A stretch of 63,933 bases of DNA, the filler included, from Rhizaria sp. SCN 62-66 (Eukaryota): assembly GCA_001724265.1 (NCBI GenBank). It is 3 parts of 3 records of this genome, joined end to end, with 100 filler letters (N's around TTAATTAATTAA, not from the genome) between each part and the next. Parts side by side here need not be neighbours in the genome. Positions count along the whole stretch, not along the records: positions 27,682 to 55,243 come from MEDY01000399.1; 2 more parts are not named here. One strand, 5' to 3'. This document shows, one piece after another, positions 41,001-53,500 of the stretch (within the stretch, counting starts at the first letter, position 1; every line of letters begins with the position of its first letter). The notes under the pieces are model-generated. The model was not told where the DNA came from. It saw nothing but the letters and a program-made list of their open reading frames with translations, and searched no databases. The position numbers were made by a program, and so were the translations under genes.

Positions 41001-42003
41001 GTCAGCAGAACTGCTCTCGGACTTCGGGCTGTCTCAAAGTCAGGCTGCGGCCGTCGCGACCAAGCTCAACAGCGCCCGCCTCATCGGCTTTGCCGGCGGG
41101 CTGGCCGCGGCAGCGGGCGCATTGACCGCGGCGACTGAGACCGCGACCAAGATCAACGCGAATGTCGCCCGGGTGATGCGCATGCGTGCCTCCGCCGCTG
41201 CCTCCGCCGCCGCCGCAGCCGCTGCCGCCGCCGCTGCTGGCTCTAACCCCGACGGCGTTTCGCTGCCTCCTCTCGCCAGCCCCGGGACCGGGTCACCCAG
41301 CAGCAGCAGTAGCTCTGCTGTCTCCGGCAGGGCTGCTGCTATGGCCGCTGTCGCCGCCACCGCGAACGCGACGCCTGTGGTCGCTCACGGCTCGCGTCAG
41401 GCGGCCATCCTCGCTTCCGGCGCCGCCGCCGGTTCCGGCTCGGACTCTGCCACGGCTGCGCTATCGGCGGCGATGCTTGCCGCCTCGATGGCGGCGACCG
41501 GCCGCAGCAGCAACAGCAACCCCGTTTCCAGCCCCGTCTCCGCCGCCGCAGGCCCCCGCCCCGGCGGTGCTAGTGCTCTCGGCGCCCGCACCGGCGCCAG
41601 CGACATCTCGCTGCTGGCAGGCACGATGGCCGCCCAGATCGCGGCCCGCGCCGCCGCGGCCGCCGTGTCGGCCGCGGGCGCCGCGGGCTCGCGTGCGACT
41701 GCGACCGAGACACTGGGCGCGGCGCTGAACCGCGGGCTGCGGCGACCGGCCGAGCCCGCGGCGGCGGCGGGCGGCAAGGGCAAGAAGGCCAAGAAGGCCC
41801 GCGGCTCCGACAGCGACAGCGACAGCGAGTGGACTGCGAGCGATTCCGAGAGCGATTCCGACGTCGAGTACGGCGGACGCTACGGCCACGGCCACAGCCA
41901 GGCTCAGGAGGAAGAGGAGGAGGACGATGACGCGTACTTCGAGGACGGCGCAGGCGTTGGTGCTGATGGCCAGAGCGACATGTACTACGTTGTCGACAAT
42001 TAA
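27682..42003 (+). CDS. Very large chromatin protein (5'-truncated): degenerate SNF2-type helicase C-lobe, AT-hook, PHD-like finger, SAM-like domain
   Basis: Open frame of 4773 codons ending in TAA. SNF2-like motifs in the correct order: PTEVAVHRLLTPLTPLQR, LRAIATHPML, SGKFLALDNLI, RKLVLLT, AVAAFN, TGADAIVV, PVYELVTEGSVEEEL. AT-hook KRPRGRPRG at 29617-29643; VRCQSCALWY...WHCLNC; WKSEAVQSWL...LSGDDLLLLTSAELLSDFGL. Confidence 0.7.
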
Positions 42004-42312
42004 ATGCAGTTTGAAGAAGTGTGGCTGTTCCATAATTGTTGATAAGGATAAGATCCTAGAAAACATCACACTTCATAGATGTAATTAGTAAAACAATAAT
42101 ATTTTAAAGCGAACGAATAAATAACATTTTTTTATTTCTCTGAGTCTTCAGAACAATTGTAGATCAAGGCCAGGACCATGCTGGGCTTGCTACAAATTGA
42201 ATAATGCGCCTTTCAAAGATCCAAAAAGACACTCGTCATAAAACAGAGTAAGTTACAATACTATACCTCATTTTCTTAAGTAATTCGGCGTTTGTCAAGC
42301 CCTTCTTTCTCT

Positions 42313-45300
42313 TCAGGGGTACCGTCCAGCGCCACCGCTGCCCGTCACTGCGCTAGTGACATGGGCGCCCGTGCTGTCTTCGAAGCCCTTGATCGGCTTT
42401 CCGTACATGCCCTCGACGACCGGCGGCACGCCGAACGGGCGCGACTCCTTGTACAGGTCGCCCATGCTGGGGTCATACCCGCCGTTGTTCATGCGACCCA
42501 GCATCGCGTTGACGCCCTCGCCGCCGCGCGAAGGCTGCGTCGGCCGCTCGCCGCGCGCCAGCTGTTGCATCTGCGCGGGGCTCAGCCGCGGCGCGCCGAG
42601 CCCGTCGACGCCCAGCGGCGCCAGCCGCGCCTGCGCCTGCGCGATGTACCGCTTCGTGTCGGCCTGCCGCGCCTGCTCCAGCAGCGCGGGATTGCCGCCT
42701 TGGTACGGGCTCACCGCGCTGCCATCGCTATAACTGCGCGCAGGGCCGCCGCCGCCGCTGTAAGGGCCGCCGCCGTAGGGGCCGCCGTTAGGGCCGGCGC
42801 CGCCGCCGCCGCCGTTGTAGTAGTTGGCCGCGGCTGCATAGTTGGCCGCGGCCGCGGCGGCTGCGTAGGGGCTGATCGGGGCGGCGGAGGCGGGAGCTCC
42901 GTACTGAGCCTGCGGAGGGTAGCCGTAGCCGGGCCCGTGGGCCGCGGAGGCCGGGTAGCCCTGTCCCTGCTGGTGTTGCTGCATTTGCTCCTGCAAGAAC
43001 TGCTGCTGCAGTTGCTGCAAGTAGGCGCGCTCGTCAGCGGTCATGTTGCTCGTGTCGATGCCGAAGTCGTCCAGACTCATGTTCATGTGCTGCTGTTGCT
43101 GCTGCTGATGTTGATGCTGCGGAGGGCCCCGCGGCATGGCATGCCCTTGCCCTGGCTGCTGCTGTTGCTGCATCGTCATGCGGCGCATCTGGTCCCGCTC
43201 CCGCTCCTCAGCGGTCTCGTCGTGCACGGCCACGATCTCGCCCAGCTGCGCCATCTGCGCGTCCGTCAACCTATCGGTGTCGAAGCCGCGCGACTTAAGG
43301 AAGCCGTCGACGACGGCGTCGGCCTCCTGCTCGGAGCGCGGCAGCGGGCGCGAGGCCAGGAAGCCGTCCAGGTCGCGGTACAGCGCGAAGACGGCGTCGG
43401 CGCGCAGGTTGCCGCTGCCTGGGAACACGAAGCGGGGCGATACGCCACCATTCGTGGGTGCAGACGCAGAGGCAGACGCAGACGCATACGCGGTGGCAGC
43501 GGCATTGTTGGTGTCCGTCGACTTGGTTGTAGCAGACTCGGATGGTGAGCTAGAAGCGTTGCCCTGAGTGTCGCTAACCTTAGCGACAGCGGCATCAGCA
43601 GCGTTGGCGCCCGTGCCCTTGCTGAGGTAGGCCGCGACGTTGGCCTCCGTCTCGGCCGAGAACTCGCGGAGCTCGCCGAGGCTGGCCGCGGACCGCGCTG
43701 CGATGGCCGCGAGCTCGGCCTCGTCGTCGTGGGAAAGCGGGCCCTGGGCGCCGGAGCTCGAGCTCGCACTAGAGTCGGGGACTGCAAGCAGGGGGGAGGC
43801 GCTCACGAAGGATGTTAAGTCGTCTTTGTTCGAAGTTGAGCCGCGATCAGCTGACGCAGCGGAAGCTGTCGCTGCAAGCTCAGCAGTGACAGTTGCATCC
43901 TTGCTCGAATTGGCAGGAGGAGTGTCAGACTTCGAGTCCGTCTTCGAATCAGTCTTAGCGTCAGACTTCTTGCCACGGCTGAAGAAGCCAAAGAACCCAG
44001 AGCCCTTCGACTTGGGCTTCGCACCCTCAGTGTCACCGCTGCTACTGTTCACCGCAGAGCTCGAGACAGAGCTGGGCATCTATGTGCTGATGCTGCTGTT
44101 GTTCGCCTTGGCGGCGTACGCGGCGGCGGCGGCCTTGCGCTTCGCCTCGGCCTCCGCCGCCCTCAGAGCCCGCTGCCGCTCCTCCGCCTGCGCGCGCCGC
44201 TGCTGCTCCTGCTGCAGCACACGGTTCCACTCGTCCGCGAAGCCCGCCGTGTCGCCCGCCTTGCCGCGGCCGCTCAGCACCCAAGCCCGCGCCACGGCCC
44301 GCATGCGCCGCCGCTCCTGCTCACGGTCGCTCGCGCCACTCTCCGTGTCGGCCGGAGTCGCAGCCGCGGTCGAGGACTCGTGGTCATGGGAACCATCCCC
44401 GTTTGCACCACCGTCGCGGAGGCTGTCGCGCGCGCTCTTGCTGACGGCGGGGCTCGAGGGCTGCAGAGGCTCCCCGCGGCCGCCGCGGCCGATGGCGAGC
44501 TTGCGCCAACCCTCTGCGACGCGGTCGCGCATCGAGGTGCTCACGGCGCCGGGGGCCAAGTACGTCTCGAAGGCCGCGCGCGCCAGGGCGGGCGAGTGGA
44601 TCGCCACGGCCGGCGGCGGCGGCGGCGGCGCGCGCGGCGCGAGGGAGGGCGCCGGATACTGCAGCCGCAGCAGGTCCGCGTCCGGGTCGGCCTCGAGCAC
44701 GTCCGGCAGCGACTGCGCCGCGCCCGCGCGCTGCTCGATCGCCAAAGCGCGGTTGGCGTTGCGCCAGTCGGCCACCGTCACCGTCTGCCCACTCGCAGTG
44801 CCGTCTGCAGCGTTGTTGTTGCCATTGTTGTTGTTGACGGGCAGGGGCGCGAGCTTGGGCGGTGTGTACGCGCAGCCGCGCGGGAGCGTGACCAGGAGCG
44901 AGCCTTCGGTGGTCCACGTGAAGACGACTTCGTCGCCGCGCTGGTACTGCTTGACCGACTCGACGACGTGCTTGAGCGCAGCCAGAGCCGCCGCGGCGCC
45001 CGCCTCGCCCTGTGCCAGCGCCGCCGCCAGCACGCGGTCCTCGTCGGTCAGGATCTGCGCCTCGATGTCGGTCACGTCGTCCTCGTCCAGCTCCACACTC
45101 GCCGGGTCCACCACGCCCAGGGTCGGGTCAGCGCGCTCCATGGCCGCCGCGATGGCCGCCTGCCGCTGCGAGGCGAGCTGACCGAAGGCCGCGGTGCGCT
45201 TGGCCGACACGGCGCGCGCGCGGGCCAGCAAGGCCTTAACGCGCGCGCCGAACGAGGCCTCGAAGCCGTGTGAGAGATGCACGCCCTTGGTCGGCTGCAG

Positions 45301-46167
45301 GAAGACGAGCCGCATGGCCTTGGGGAAGAGGGACGTCTGAGCGAGCATCCAGTGCGAGTCGGGGTACTTACAGTCTAAGGGGGTCGCGGGGTTCTCGCTC
45401 AGGGCCGTGGCGATGTCGCGCGGGATGTAGAAACCGGCGGTGTAGGCGCGCGCGAGGCGCAGATACGAGAACCCACCCATACTCCTAGAGCAGCATCGCG
45501 AAAAGCACAAAAGTAGGGATATGTCGATGAGATTATGTGGTATTGATCCAAAGCTTGAGAACTAGATATTCGTAACGTGTTTAAGTCATAATATAGAGCT
45601 TAATGTAGATATTTTTCCGAAAATGCGGAGATGTACGCACCTGAGTCCGACGCCGACGAGGCTCATCTGCGCCGTCGCGTCGGGGTCCACGTGCAGCCGG
45701 CAGTGCTGCGGGTAAGTCACGCCCGTGGTGGGCTCCGTCGCCTCGGGCTGCCAGTCGCGGTACGACGCGTCGGCGACCAGCGACCGCACGGCGGCCTCCA
45801 CCGCGGGGTCGGAGCTCTCAGCGTCAAAGCGGGCGAATACGCTGTCCGCATCGTCGTCAGAGACAGGCTTGCTCTCGTCTTGGGCGTCGGTGTTCTCGGC
45901 CGCGAGGGAGGTAAGCGCCGCGAGCGCGAAGGCCGCGGAGACGCCGAACGCCGCGTAGGACGCATTGTTGCGGTGGAAAGAACGCTCGCGGCGGCCATCG
46001 TGCTCAGAAACGAGCGGGAGAGCCTTGCTGGAGGCGGTCGTGGTGGTGAGGGCACGAGAGGGCAGAGACGAGGACGGCAGCAGAGCGGAAGCCTTGCGGG
46101 AAGCGCGAAGAAGGCATCGCTGCGCTGTATAATTAACAGCAAGAATTGACTTCACTCGGGTAAACAT
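42313..46167 (-). CDS. Chalcone-isomerase-fold (Aim18/Aim46/FAP-like) protein with likely mitochondrial presequence and long C-terminal extension; exons 46167-45641 and 45484-42313 with in-frame TAG at 44082-44080
   Basis: CHI-fold motifs EPTTGVTYP, LVGVGLR, AYTAGFY, GDEVVFTW and IHSPALARAAFETYLAPGAVSTSMR. The N-terminus is Arg/Ser-rich and lacks acidic residues. GTGCGT...TAG intron. The in-frame TAG is followed immediately by a further 588 codons ending in TGA. Confidence 0.72.
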
Positions 46168-46543
46168 GGTTTGTGTCTCACAAGCGAAGTTAACGATCAA
46201 GCTATCGCACAAGCCTTGACGGAGATTCGTCCTGACCTTCGAGACTGGGCAGCTTGCGGCCGCTGCCACGCCTGACCAGTGACGGATATGCATAAAAGAA
46301 GATAAACAAAGTGTATGTTGATCATATTTTTATTCCAAGCGCTCTATAATGGCCATTGAACGGCCCTATAAGCTATATAATCAGTCTTCTCTCTATCCTT
46401 GCCGCGATATCCCTTCAAACCCAAAGCAAAACTAAATCACCACGACTGGGATGAGGCAAGAGACAAAGACACGTTGGTGAAGAGCATAGGTTACTCAAAA
46501 ATCAAGCATGTTGTGACCCACAGGACTGCGGGCGATGCGTCGT

Positions 46544-48607
46544 TCAAACAAACTTATCCTGCGTGGGGATGCCCTTGTCGAGCCGGTGCGCGATATCCGC
46601 CAGGTGCGTCTTGATATCGGTGAAGTCCTTGCGGAACGCCTGTATCATAGAGCAACAACAAAAAATTGAAATGGAACGGGAATATGTTAGCCAAATCAAA
46701 CAAAACACAGGTACTATATACAAAATCTAAATTTAAACAGTCTTGACAAAATCTATGTCGGTATACAAAGATCTTACTATATAAAAGTGCATATCCGACG
46801 AACCATAAGCTTGATCACCTTGGGGTCGATGCTCTCGACCCCGTCGGCGCCCGCGGGCACCTTGGTCGTGCCCACCGCGCGCTCCAGCGCCCGCAGTCGC
46901 TCGCGCGAGGCCTTGACGTCGGTCTGGTAGCCCTCCATTTCGAGTTTGCGCCGCTGCTGCAGCGCCTTGTGCTTTTCCGCCGCGGCCGCGAGCTTGGACT
47001 CGAGGTACTTGATGCGCTTCTCGTACAGCATGTGCGCGGCCTCGTACTGGCCCTTGATAATCGCCAGGTCTTCCTCGCTGCCCAACGCCTGGTTGCGGAA
47101 CATCGAGACAAACGCCTCGGCCTCTTGCTGGCGCTTGGCCTCGCGCGCGTCGCGGTCCGACTCGGCGCGCGAGAGCGCCGCGCGGAGGGCGCGGATCTCG
47201 GCCGACAGGGCCGCGCACTCTTCGCGCAAAGCCTGCGGCGGAAGAAGAAAATAAAAAAGAAATATAAGAATAGAAAAGAAGACATAATTGTGAGTCTTAA
47301 GTGATTCATTCGCTCGTATTTGAAAAGAAGCAAAACATTGCGAGATATATCCCGCTGAAGTCTGTAGTCCGACTCCTCGAGTAGGTGCTCTAAAGTGATG
47401 CGTTCAAGTTCGTTTAGACGGGAACTAGATCAGTTTTCATTGCAATTCTTAACACATGTACATAGCACCTTGAATTCGTTAGATCTATCAAATATCTAGA
47501 TGCACGCACCTTCTCCTTCTGCTGGAGCTCCTGTCGGAGGTCGAGGTAGTCCTTAGTGGTGGCCGTGTGGACCTCCATCAGCGCCTTCAAGTCCCGCTGC
47601 AGCTCACCGATCGTGCGCCGCGCCACGGCCTCGCGCTCCGCCGCCTCGCCCTCGCGGATGATGCGGTCCTCGGTCAGGGCCTGGCAGCGCTGCTCGGCGA
47701 AGCTCTTTTGCTCATCGAGCTGGGTCCGCAACGACTGCACGATGAGCTTGAGTACGTCGACGCTCTCATTCGGCATGTAGATCGTGCGCACCACCTGGCC
47801 CCCGCCCCGGCCCATAGTAGCGTGGCCCAGCCCGCGGCTCACGGCCGCGGTCGCCGTCGCCGGACGTGCAATAGCGCCGGCACCAGAGCCAGAGCCAGCG
47901 CCAGCGCCAGCGCCGAAGTTAGCGCGAGCGCGAGCACTGTTGTTGCTCGAGACGAGAGAGTTGGAGCCGTTGCGGGCAGCAGCGGCGGCGCCGCCGGCAG
48001 CGACCGCGGCCGCCTTGGCCTTGGCGCTGGCACTGGCGCTGGAACTGGCGCTGCTGTTGGCGGTGGCGCCAGAGGCGGCGGCGTTTTTGTCGATTTGCGT
48101 GTAGTTGCGGGAAACCTTGCCGGGGCGGCAGTCCCGGAAGTATGTCACCTCCTGCGACACGGGTTGCGTCAGCGCAAGCAGGTGTTGAATGCGCTTGCGG
48201 TCCTCGACCTCCTGGATGCGCAGCTCGTCATTCTCGGCAGCCAGCTTCAGCACCTGCTCCCGCTCCTCGTAGAGAAACACGTGCGCGTCCGACAGTGCGC
48301 GCTGCAGCTCATCGACCTGCTCGTCGCGCTTCGTGAGCTCCCACTTGAGCTTGTAGTACTCCTGGCGCGTGCCCTCCAGGTCGTCGAGGCGCGAGAGCCA
48401 GTCGGCGCGCTCAGCTTCGAACGTCTCCACGCGGTACTTGTAGTACTCCAACAGGTCCTTCTGGGCGGGCGTCAGGCCCGCAAGGAGGCGCGCGTCAACG
48501 TCCAGGCGGGGCGCGGGGACCGACGCGGAGGCAGCGGTGGAGGAGGCAGCGGGGGCAGCAGCGGCGGCGGGGTGGGGCCCGCCACCGGGATAGGCTGAAG
48601 GGGGCAT
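46544..48607 (-). CDS. CCDC77: Coiled-coil domain-containing protein 77 homolog (centriolar); 3 exons (48607-47510, 47232-46804, 46639-46544)
   Basis: Recognisable motifs LLEYYKYRVETFEAE, ELQRALSDAHVFLYEEREQVLKLAAENDELRIQEVEDRKRIQHLLALTQP and RRKLEMEGYQTDVK. Phase-0 introns; the stop is TGA. Confidence 0.88.
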
Positions 48608-49129
48608 AGTCTCTTGACGTGTATACGCGTTTAGAGCTGCTTTGTCGTCCCGTGTTTTTCGGCACAGACAGTGGTAAAGGAGCTAAAGTACGTAGGCAAA
48701 AGCCTTGTTTGGGGTTTAGAAGAGAAAGCAATTACCTGGGTCTCTTCTAAAGGAAAGTAACTGTTGGTGTGGCAAGGCGGGAGAAAACGAGGGATACATA
48801 GCAGAGTATAGCAAAGCGTGAGAGGAATGTTAAACTTACATCCGCAATAAAATCAGCGTGCTTAATCACGCCAGGATATCATCAATCCCAACAACGGACG
48901 TGCTATTGTACAGATATACGTTCTCAAAAGGGACGAAAGTTTCAAAACTTTTGAGCCGTTGGGTCGGGATCGACCACCGCGTCCCGACGACCAGGGTCGA
49001 AAAAAGGTTTGAGGAATTGAGTGATCAAAAGTAAGTCGCTAGGTAGGGGGCCGCGGACTGGGGCCGCAGTGCTCAGCGAAAGTCACCGCGATGAGCTGTT
49101 TTGTTCGAACATTGCTCGAAAAGATCAAG

Positions 49130-49777
49130 ATGCCGGTACGTCGTATGGCTTGTAGCCTTGTTTTGTGACTAATCTCTTTGATTTTAATTTCGACGGGGCT
49201 TCGCATCCGCTTCTACGTGCCTAACAAGGCCTGCGGAAATGGCTCTGTGGCCCCCACCACTCTGTCTCGCCCTCGGCCCCAGTGCTCACCTCCCGCCGCT
49301 CTCCCCGCCCCGCTATGCGCCTTCTCGCTTCCCTGCAGATTGACCACGACCTTCTTAACCCCCCCAAGGCTTACGAGGCCAAGCTTCACAAGCTCACCAA
49401 GCTTGTCCAGAAGCCCAACTCGTTCTTCATGGACGTCAAGTGCCCTGGCTGCTACCAGATGTACGTCCCCCCGCTTTCATTCCCACGCTTGACCCCCTCG
49501 TCGACCTCGCGATATTCTCTTTCGATTTGTGGAGCATTGCCAAGCTCTTATTTTCTTTTTTTGCACCCTCGCATTCCCTGTTTGCTCACTTCTTCCCCCT
49601 CAATTATCCCTTTTCCCGACCCTACTTCGGCTCCGCACCTACCACCACAGCACCACCACCTTCTCGCACGCCTCCTCTGTTGTTCAGTGCACCGGCTGCC
49701 AGACCGTCATTGCCTACCCCACCGGTGGCAAGGCCAAGCTCTCCAACGGCTGCTCCTTCCGCATCAAGGCCGAGTAA
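49130..49777 (+). CDS. RPS27: 40S ribosomal protein S27 (eS27); 3 exons (49130-49135, 49339-49460, 49651-49777)
   Basis: Spliced product [11 protein letters not shown]...[68 protein letters not shown] donors; the stop is TAA. Confidence 0.97.
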
Positions 49778-50525
49778 GTTGGTTGCTTCCCTGCACCACT
49801 GTTCTTCCCATGGCTCTGAGTGGTGAGGCTCGGCTCGGTCGAGTGCGCTCCCGCCGTGCGCGCTCTCTCGCGGCAGGCGTCCCCTGTCGTTTGTGAGTGT
49901 CGCGCATGTAACCACGCGGTGAGAGAGGTTTATGCCTTCTCTTGCTCTCCGTGGTTGTTGCTCTCTCTCGCGCGAAGATTCGCCGTGCGCCTCGGCGCCC
50001 GCTGTTCGTCTCGCGACCGAGAGAGGCTTCGCTTGCAGCTTGCCCGTGTCGTGTCTGCCGCTTGGGGCTGGCATCTTCAACAAATACAATCATATCTTTC
50101 AAACCACCCGTTCTGTTCGTTCTTGATGTCGCTTTTCCTATGCTCTGCGTTCCTTGATCTCCCTTTTACGACCTTAAAATGCTCATTTATGTCCGCAAAC
50201 CGTGCCCGCGCTGTACCGAAGTCCAGAGCCTCGACTCGAGTCCAACTTTAACCCCAGATTTGAAGCTCTATGAATCCGTTGATAGTGATGCCCGTGCTGC
50301 TGCGTCTATTAAATATGTGTTTCATTTCCAATATTGTTTGTTATATCTCCATCAAAGCTTATCCCGTGCATGTTCCGTCCTGTTCCTCGCCCTCCTCTCA
50401 CACCTCTCAACTGTCTCTCCTCCTGAACTCGTTCTCTGCCCCCAGAGACCCAAACTCTTTTTCCCTTGAGCAAGCCTCTTGTCTCCAGCAATTAGTCGTT
50501 GCTCTCTCGCGCTTTAGCCACTCTA

Positions 50526-53500
50526 ATGCCTACCCCGGGCCATCCCGGCCAAGGTGGGCACCAGCCTTTCCCCCCGCCGCCGCCTCCGCCGCCTCCGCCG
50601 CCGCCATCGACGTCATCCTCGGCCCCCGCAGCTGCCCCTGCCGTCTCCGACGCCGCCGCCTCAGCCGCGGCCTACGTGTCCCGTTGCGTTGCCCTTGCGG
50701 ACGCCGTGTTCAGCGCCGCGCCCGCCGCACTGCGGGTCCGCGTTGCAGCGGCCGTGGAGCAGGCGGCGCTGGCCAAGATCAAGACGCTTAAGGCCAGGAA
50801 CATGATCTCGCTTGTCAACTGGGGCAAGGAGCCGCTGGTGTCGGCTGTCGACCTTGGGTTTGAGCCGCCGCCGCTGTTTGTAGCCCTCAGCAACGACGCC
50901 GCTGACGGCAGCAAGAAAGATAAGAAAGACAAGAAGGACAAGAAAACCGACAAAAAGAGCAAAAAGGGTGACAGCAACAGCAGTACGGACACTATCTCTG
51001 AGCAAAAGCAGCCTTCTAATGCCCCACATACGCAAAACGCTGACTCTGCTACAAGTTTGAGTGCCCCAGCCTCTGACTCTGCGTCTGCGTCTGCGTCCGC
51101 GTCCGACTCCGCGTCCGCCGACTCTGCCCCTCTGGTGGCGCAGCCGTGGCTGCCCGCGGCCCTGCAGCGGCCGACGGTCAGAGAGGACCAGTGGCAGCGC
51201 CAGGCGCTCCAATGGCAGCAGAGCCAGCGGCCCGAGGCCTGGGTCTGCGAGCCCCACGTGACTGTGAGCAGCAAGGTGACCGTGGGCAGCGAGGTGACTG
51301 TGGGCAGCAAAGCGACCAGTGAGAAACCTAGCATTTCTGCCACAAGTGAAAATGTTCCTGCTCAGAACCAGTATCAGCAGCAGCATTGGCAATGGCAGCA
51401 GCAGCAGCAGCAGCAGCAGCAAGGCTACTATGCCGCAGCAGCTGCTGCTACAGCCAACGGAGCCCCTCCTCCGCCGCCGCCACCGCCGCCGCTGCCGCAT
51501 TTGATGTCTCAGCATCCGCCCCCGCCCCCACCGCCGCCGCCTTTGCCGCCGGGGCCGTATCCGGGAGGCATGGGTCCCGCGGGTGCCGTTGGCTATAACA
51601 ACTATAATTACAATTATAACTATGGCGCCGGCGCCGGCGCCGTCCCTGGCTACCCGTATCCTTATAACGCGCCGAATATGCAACATGCGAGCTATATGAG
51701 TGGCTTTTACAATCCCCAGCAGCAGCAGCAGCAGCAGCAGCAATACCAGCAACAGCAGCAGTACTATCCGTATCCGCAGCAGCCGCAGCAGCCGATGGCT
51801 ATCGGAATGGCTGGCTACAATGCCACGACTGCCGTCTCGAGTGCGAGCGCAGTCGGTGCCAATCGTGCTCCGCTGTTTGGTCCGACTGCTCCTATCCTCG
51901 GCAGCAGCAGCAGCAGCAGCAGCGCTAAAGATGCGAAGACAGCTAAAGAGAAGAAGAAGGACGAAAGCCATGCCGCGTCGTCGAGAAGTCAAGCCGCTAC
52001 TGGCCAGAAAAAGCGTGCCTTTGGTGACACGATTGTCGCCTCTGTGCCTCTCTCCAGTGACGACGACGATGACGACGACGATGACGATGGTGAATCCTCT
52101 TCTCGCAACACCAACAACAAGAACGATAAGAGTTACAACAACAAGCGCGGCCTGAGCATCAACACAGGGAGCTCGTCAGCTTCGCCCCAGAAAGCGGCGG
52201 CCAGCAGCTCCAATGACAAGAGCTCCAAGAAAAGCAAGAAAAACCATGCCGCTGCCGCCGCCTCGTCCTCGGCCGGAAGTCAGGCCGCCGCGTCTGCGTT
52301 CGTAAATCAAGCCGCCATCGCGAGCCGGCTGCAGCGCTTCGCAGAGCACCACAACCTCAGTGCCAGCGGTGTGAGCACTCCCTTGTCGCTGTCGCGCGCC
52401 GGCTCTGCCGTTGGTGCTGGCTATAACGCGGGCGAGAACGCAAGCGGGACCAATGCGCAGTGGTACCTGCCGTCGCCGGTGCCGCCATCCTCTGCCCACA
52501 GTCACTCTGCCCTCACAACCACGCTCAGCTCACGCACGAACAGCGTCAGCCGGTTCGACACGAACGGCTACGACTACGACGGCGACGGGGATGCCTCCTC
52601 CGCCGCAGCGCCCATCGTGGGGACGTCGCAGGAGCTCGAGAAGAAATACCTCCGTCTGACAACCCTGCCGGACCCGTCGAAAGTTAGGCCGCTAGCCGTG
52701 CTGCGGCGCTCGTTTGCGCTCGTCCGCGAGCGTTGGCTGCAGTCTGGACTCGGCTACAGCAACACCTCCGCGAACACAACGGCGACGAACGCTGCTCATG
52801 GCGCCGCGTCATACGGCTACAAGTGGGTTGGCGAGCAGCTCAAGACGATTCGCCAAGACATCAGCAGTCAACATTTGCAGCACACGGCCTTCAGCACTCT
52901 CGTTTACGAGACACATGCGCGCATTGCACTTGTTGTCGGAGACTTGAGTGAGTTCAACGCCTGCCAAACGCAGCTCAAGCGCAAAGCAGCCATCTCTCAT
53001 ACTAACGAGGCGGGGGCTGCGAAGTCCAAGACGAAGTCGACAGACTCTAAGTTGCTGTCCAAGGCCAAGGCAAGTGACCAGGGTGAGCCACATCAGCAGA
53101 GTTGGGCAGGTGTCACGGACAACTTCATCGAGTTTACCTGCTACCGCATTATCTACTACGTGCTCTCTGAAGACACGGGAGGCCTAACTTCCCTGCTCCG
53201 CGGCTTGACTTCTGACGCCCTCGACCACCCCGCAGTGTTGTACGCGCTCGCGGTCGCGCGCTCGGTGCTCAGCGGCGACTATTTCACCTTCTTTGACCTC
53301 TACACGCGGGGCCTCGCAGTCACCGTCAACTCCACTGCTCAGAACAGCAACAGCAGCAGCAGCCTCCAGGCATCTCAGTCCCAGTCTCAACTGCAATGTC
53401 AGTCGCACACTTCTCGGCTGCTGCCGGTGCCAACGTACTGCAACCAGCCGTTCTTGCTGCACTGTCTGACGCGCAAGCTCGTGACCCACGTGCGCTTCAC

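Noticed and set aside
44080-44119. 40-nt intron GTACGC...TAG on the minus strand using the TAG as acceptor
   Set aside because: It shifts the frame into a TGA within about 10 codons and leaves the 588-codon downstream frame unexplained.
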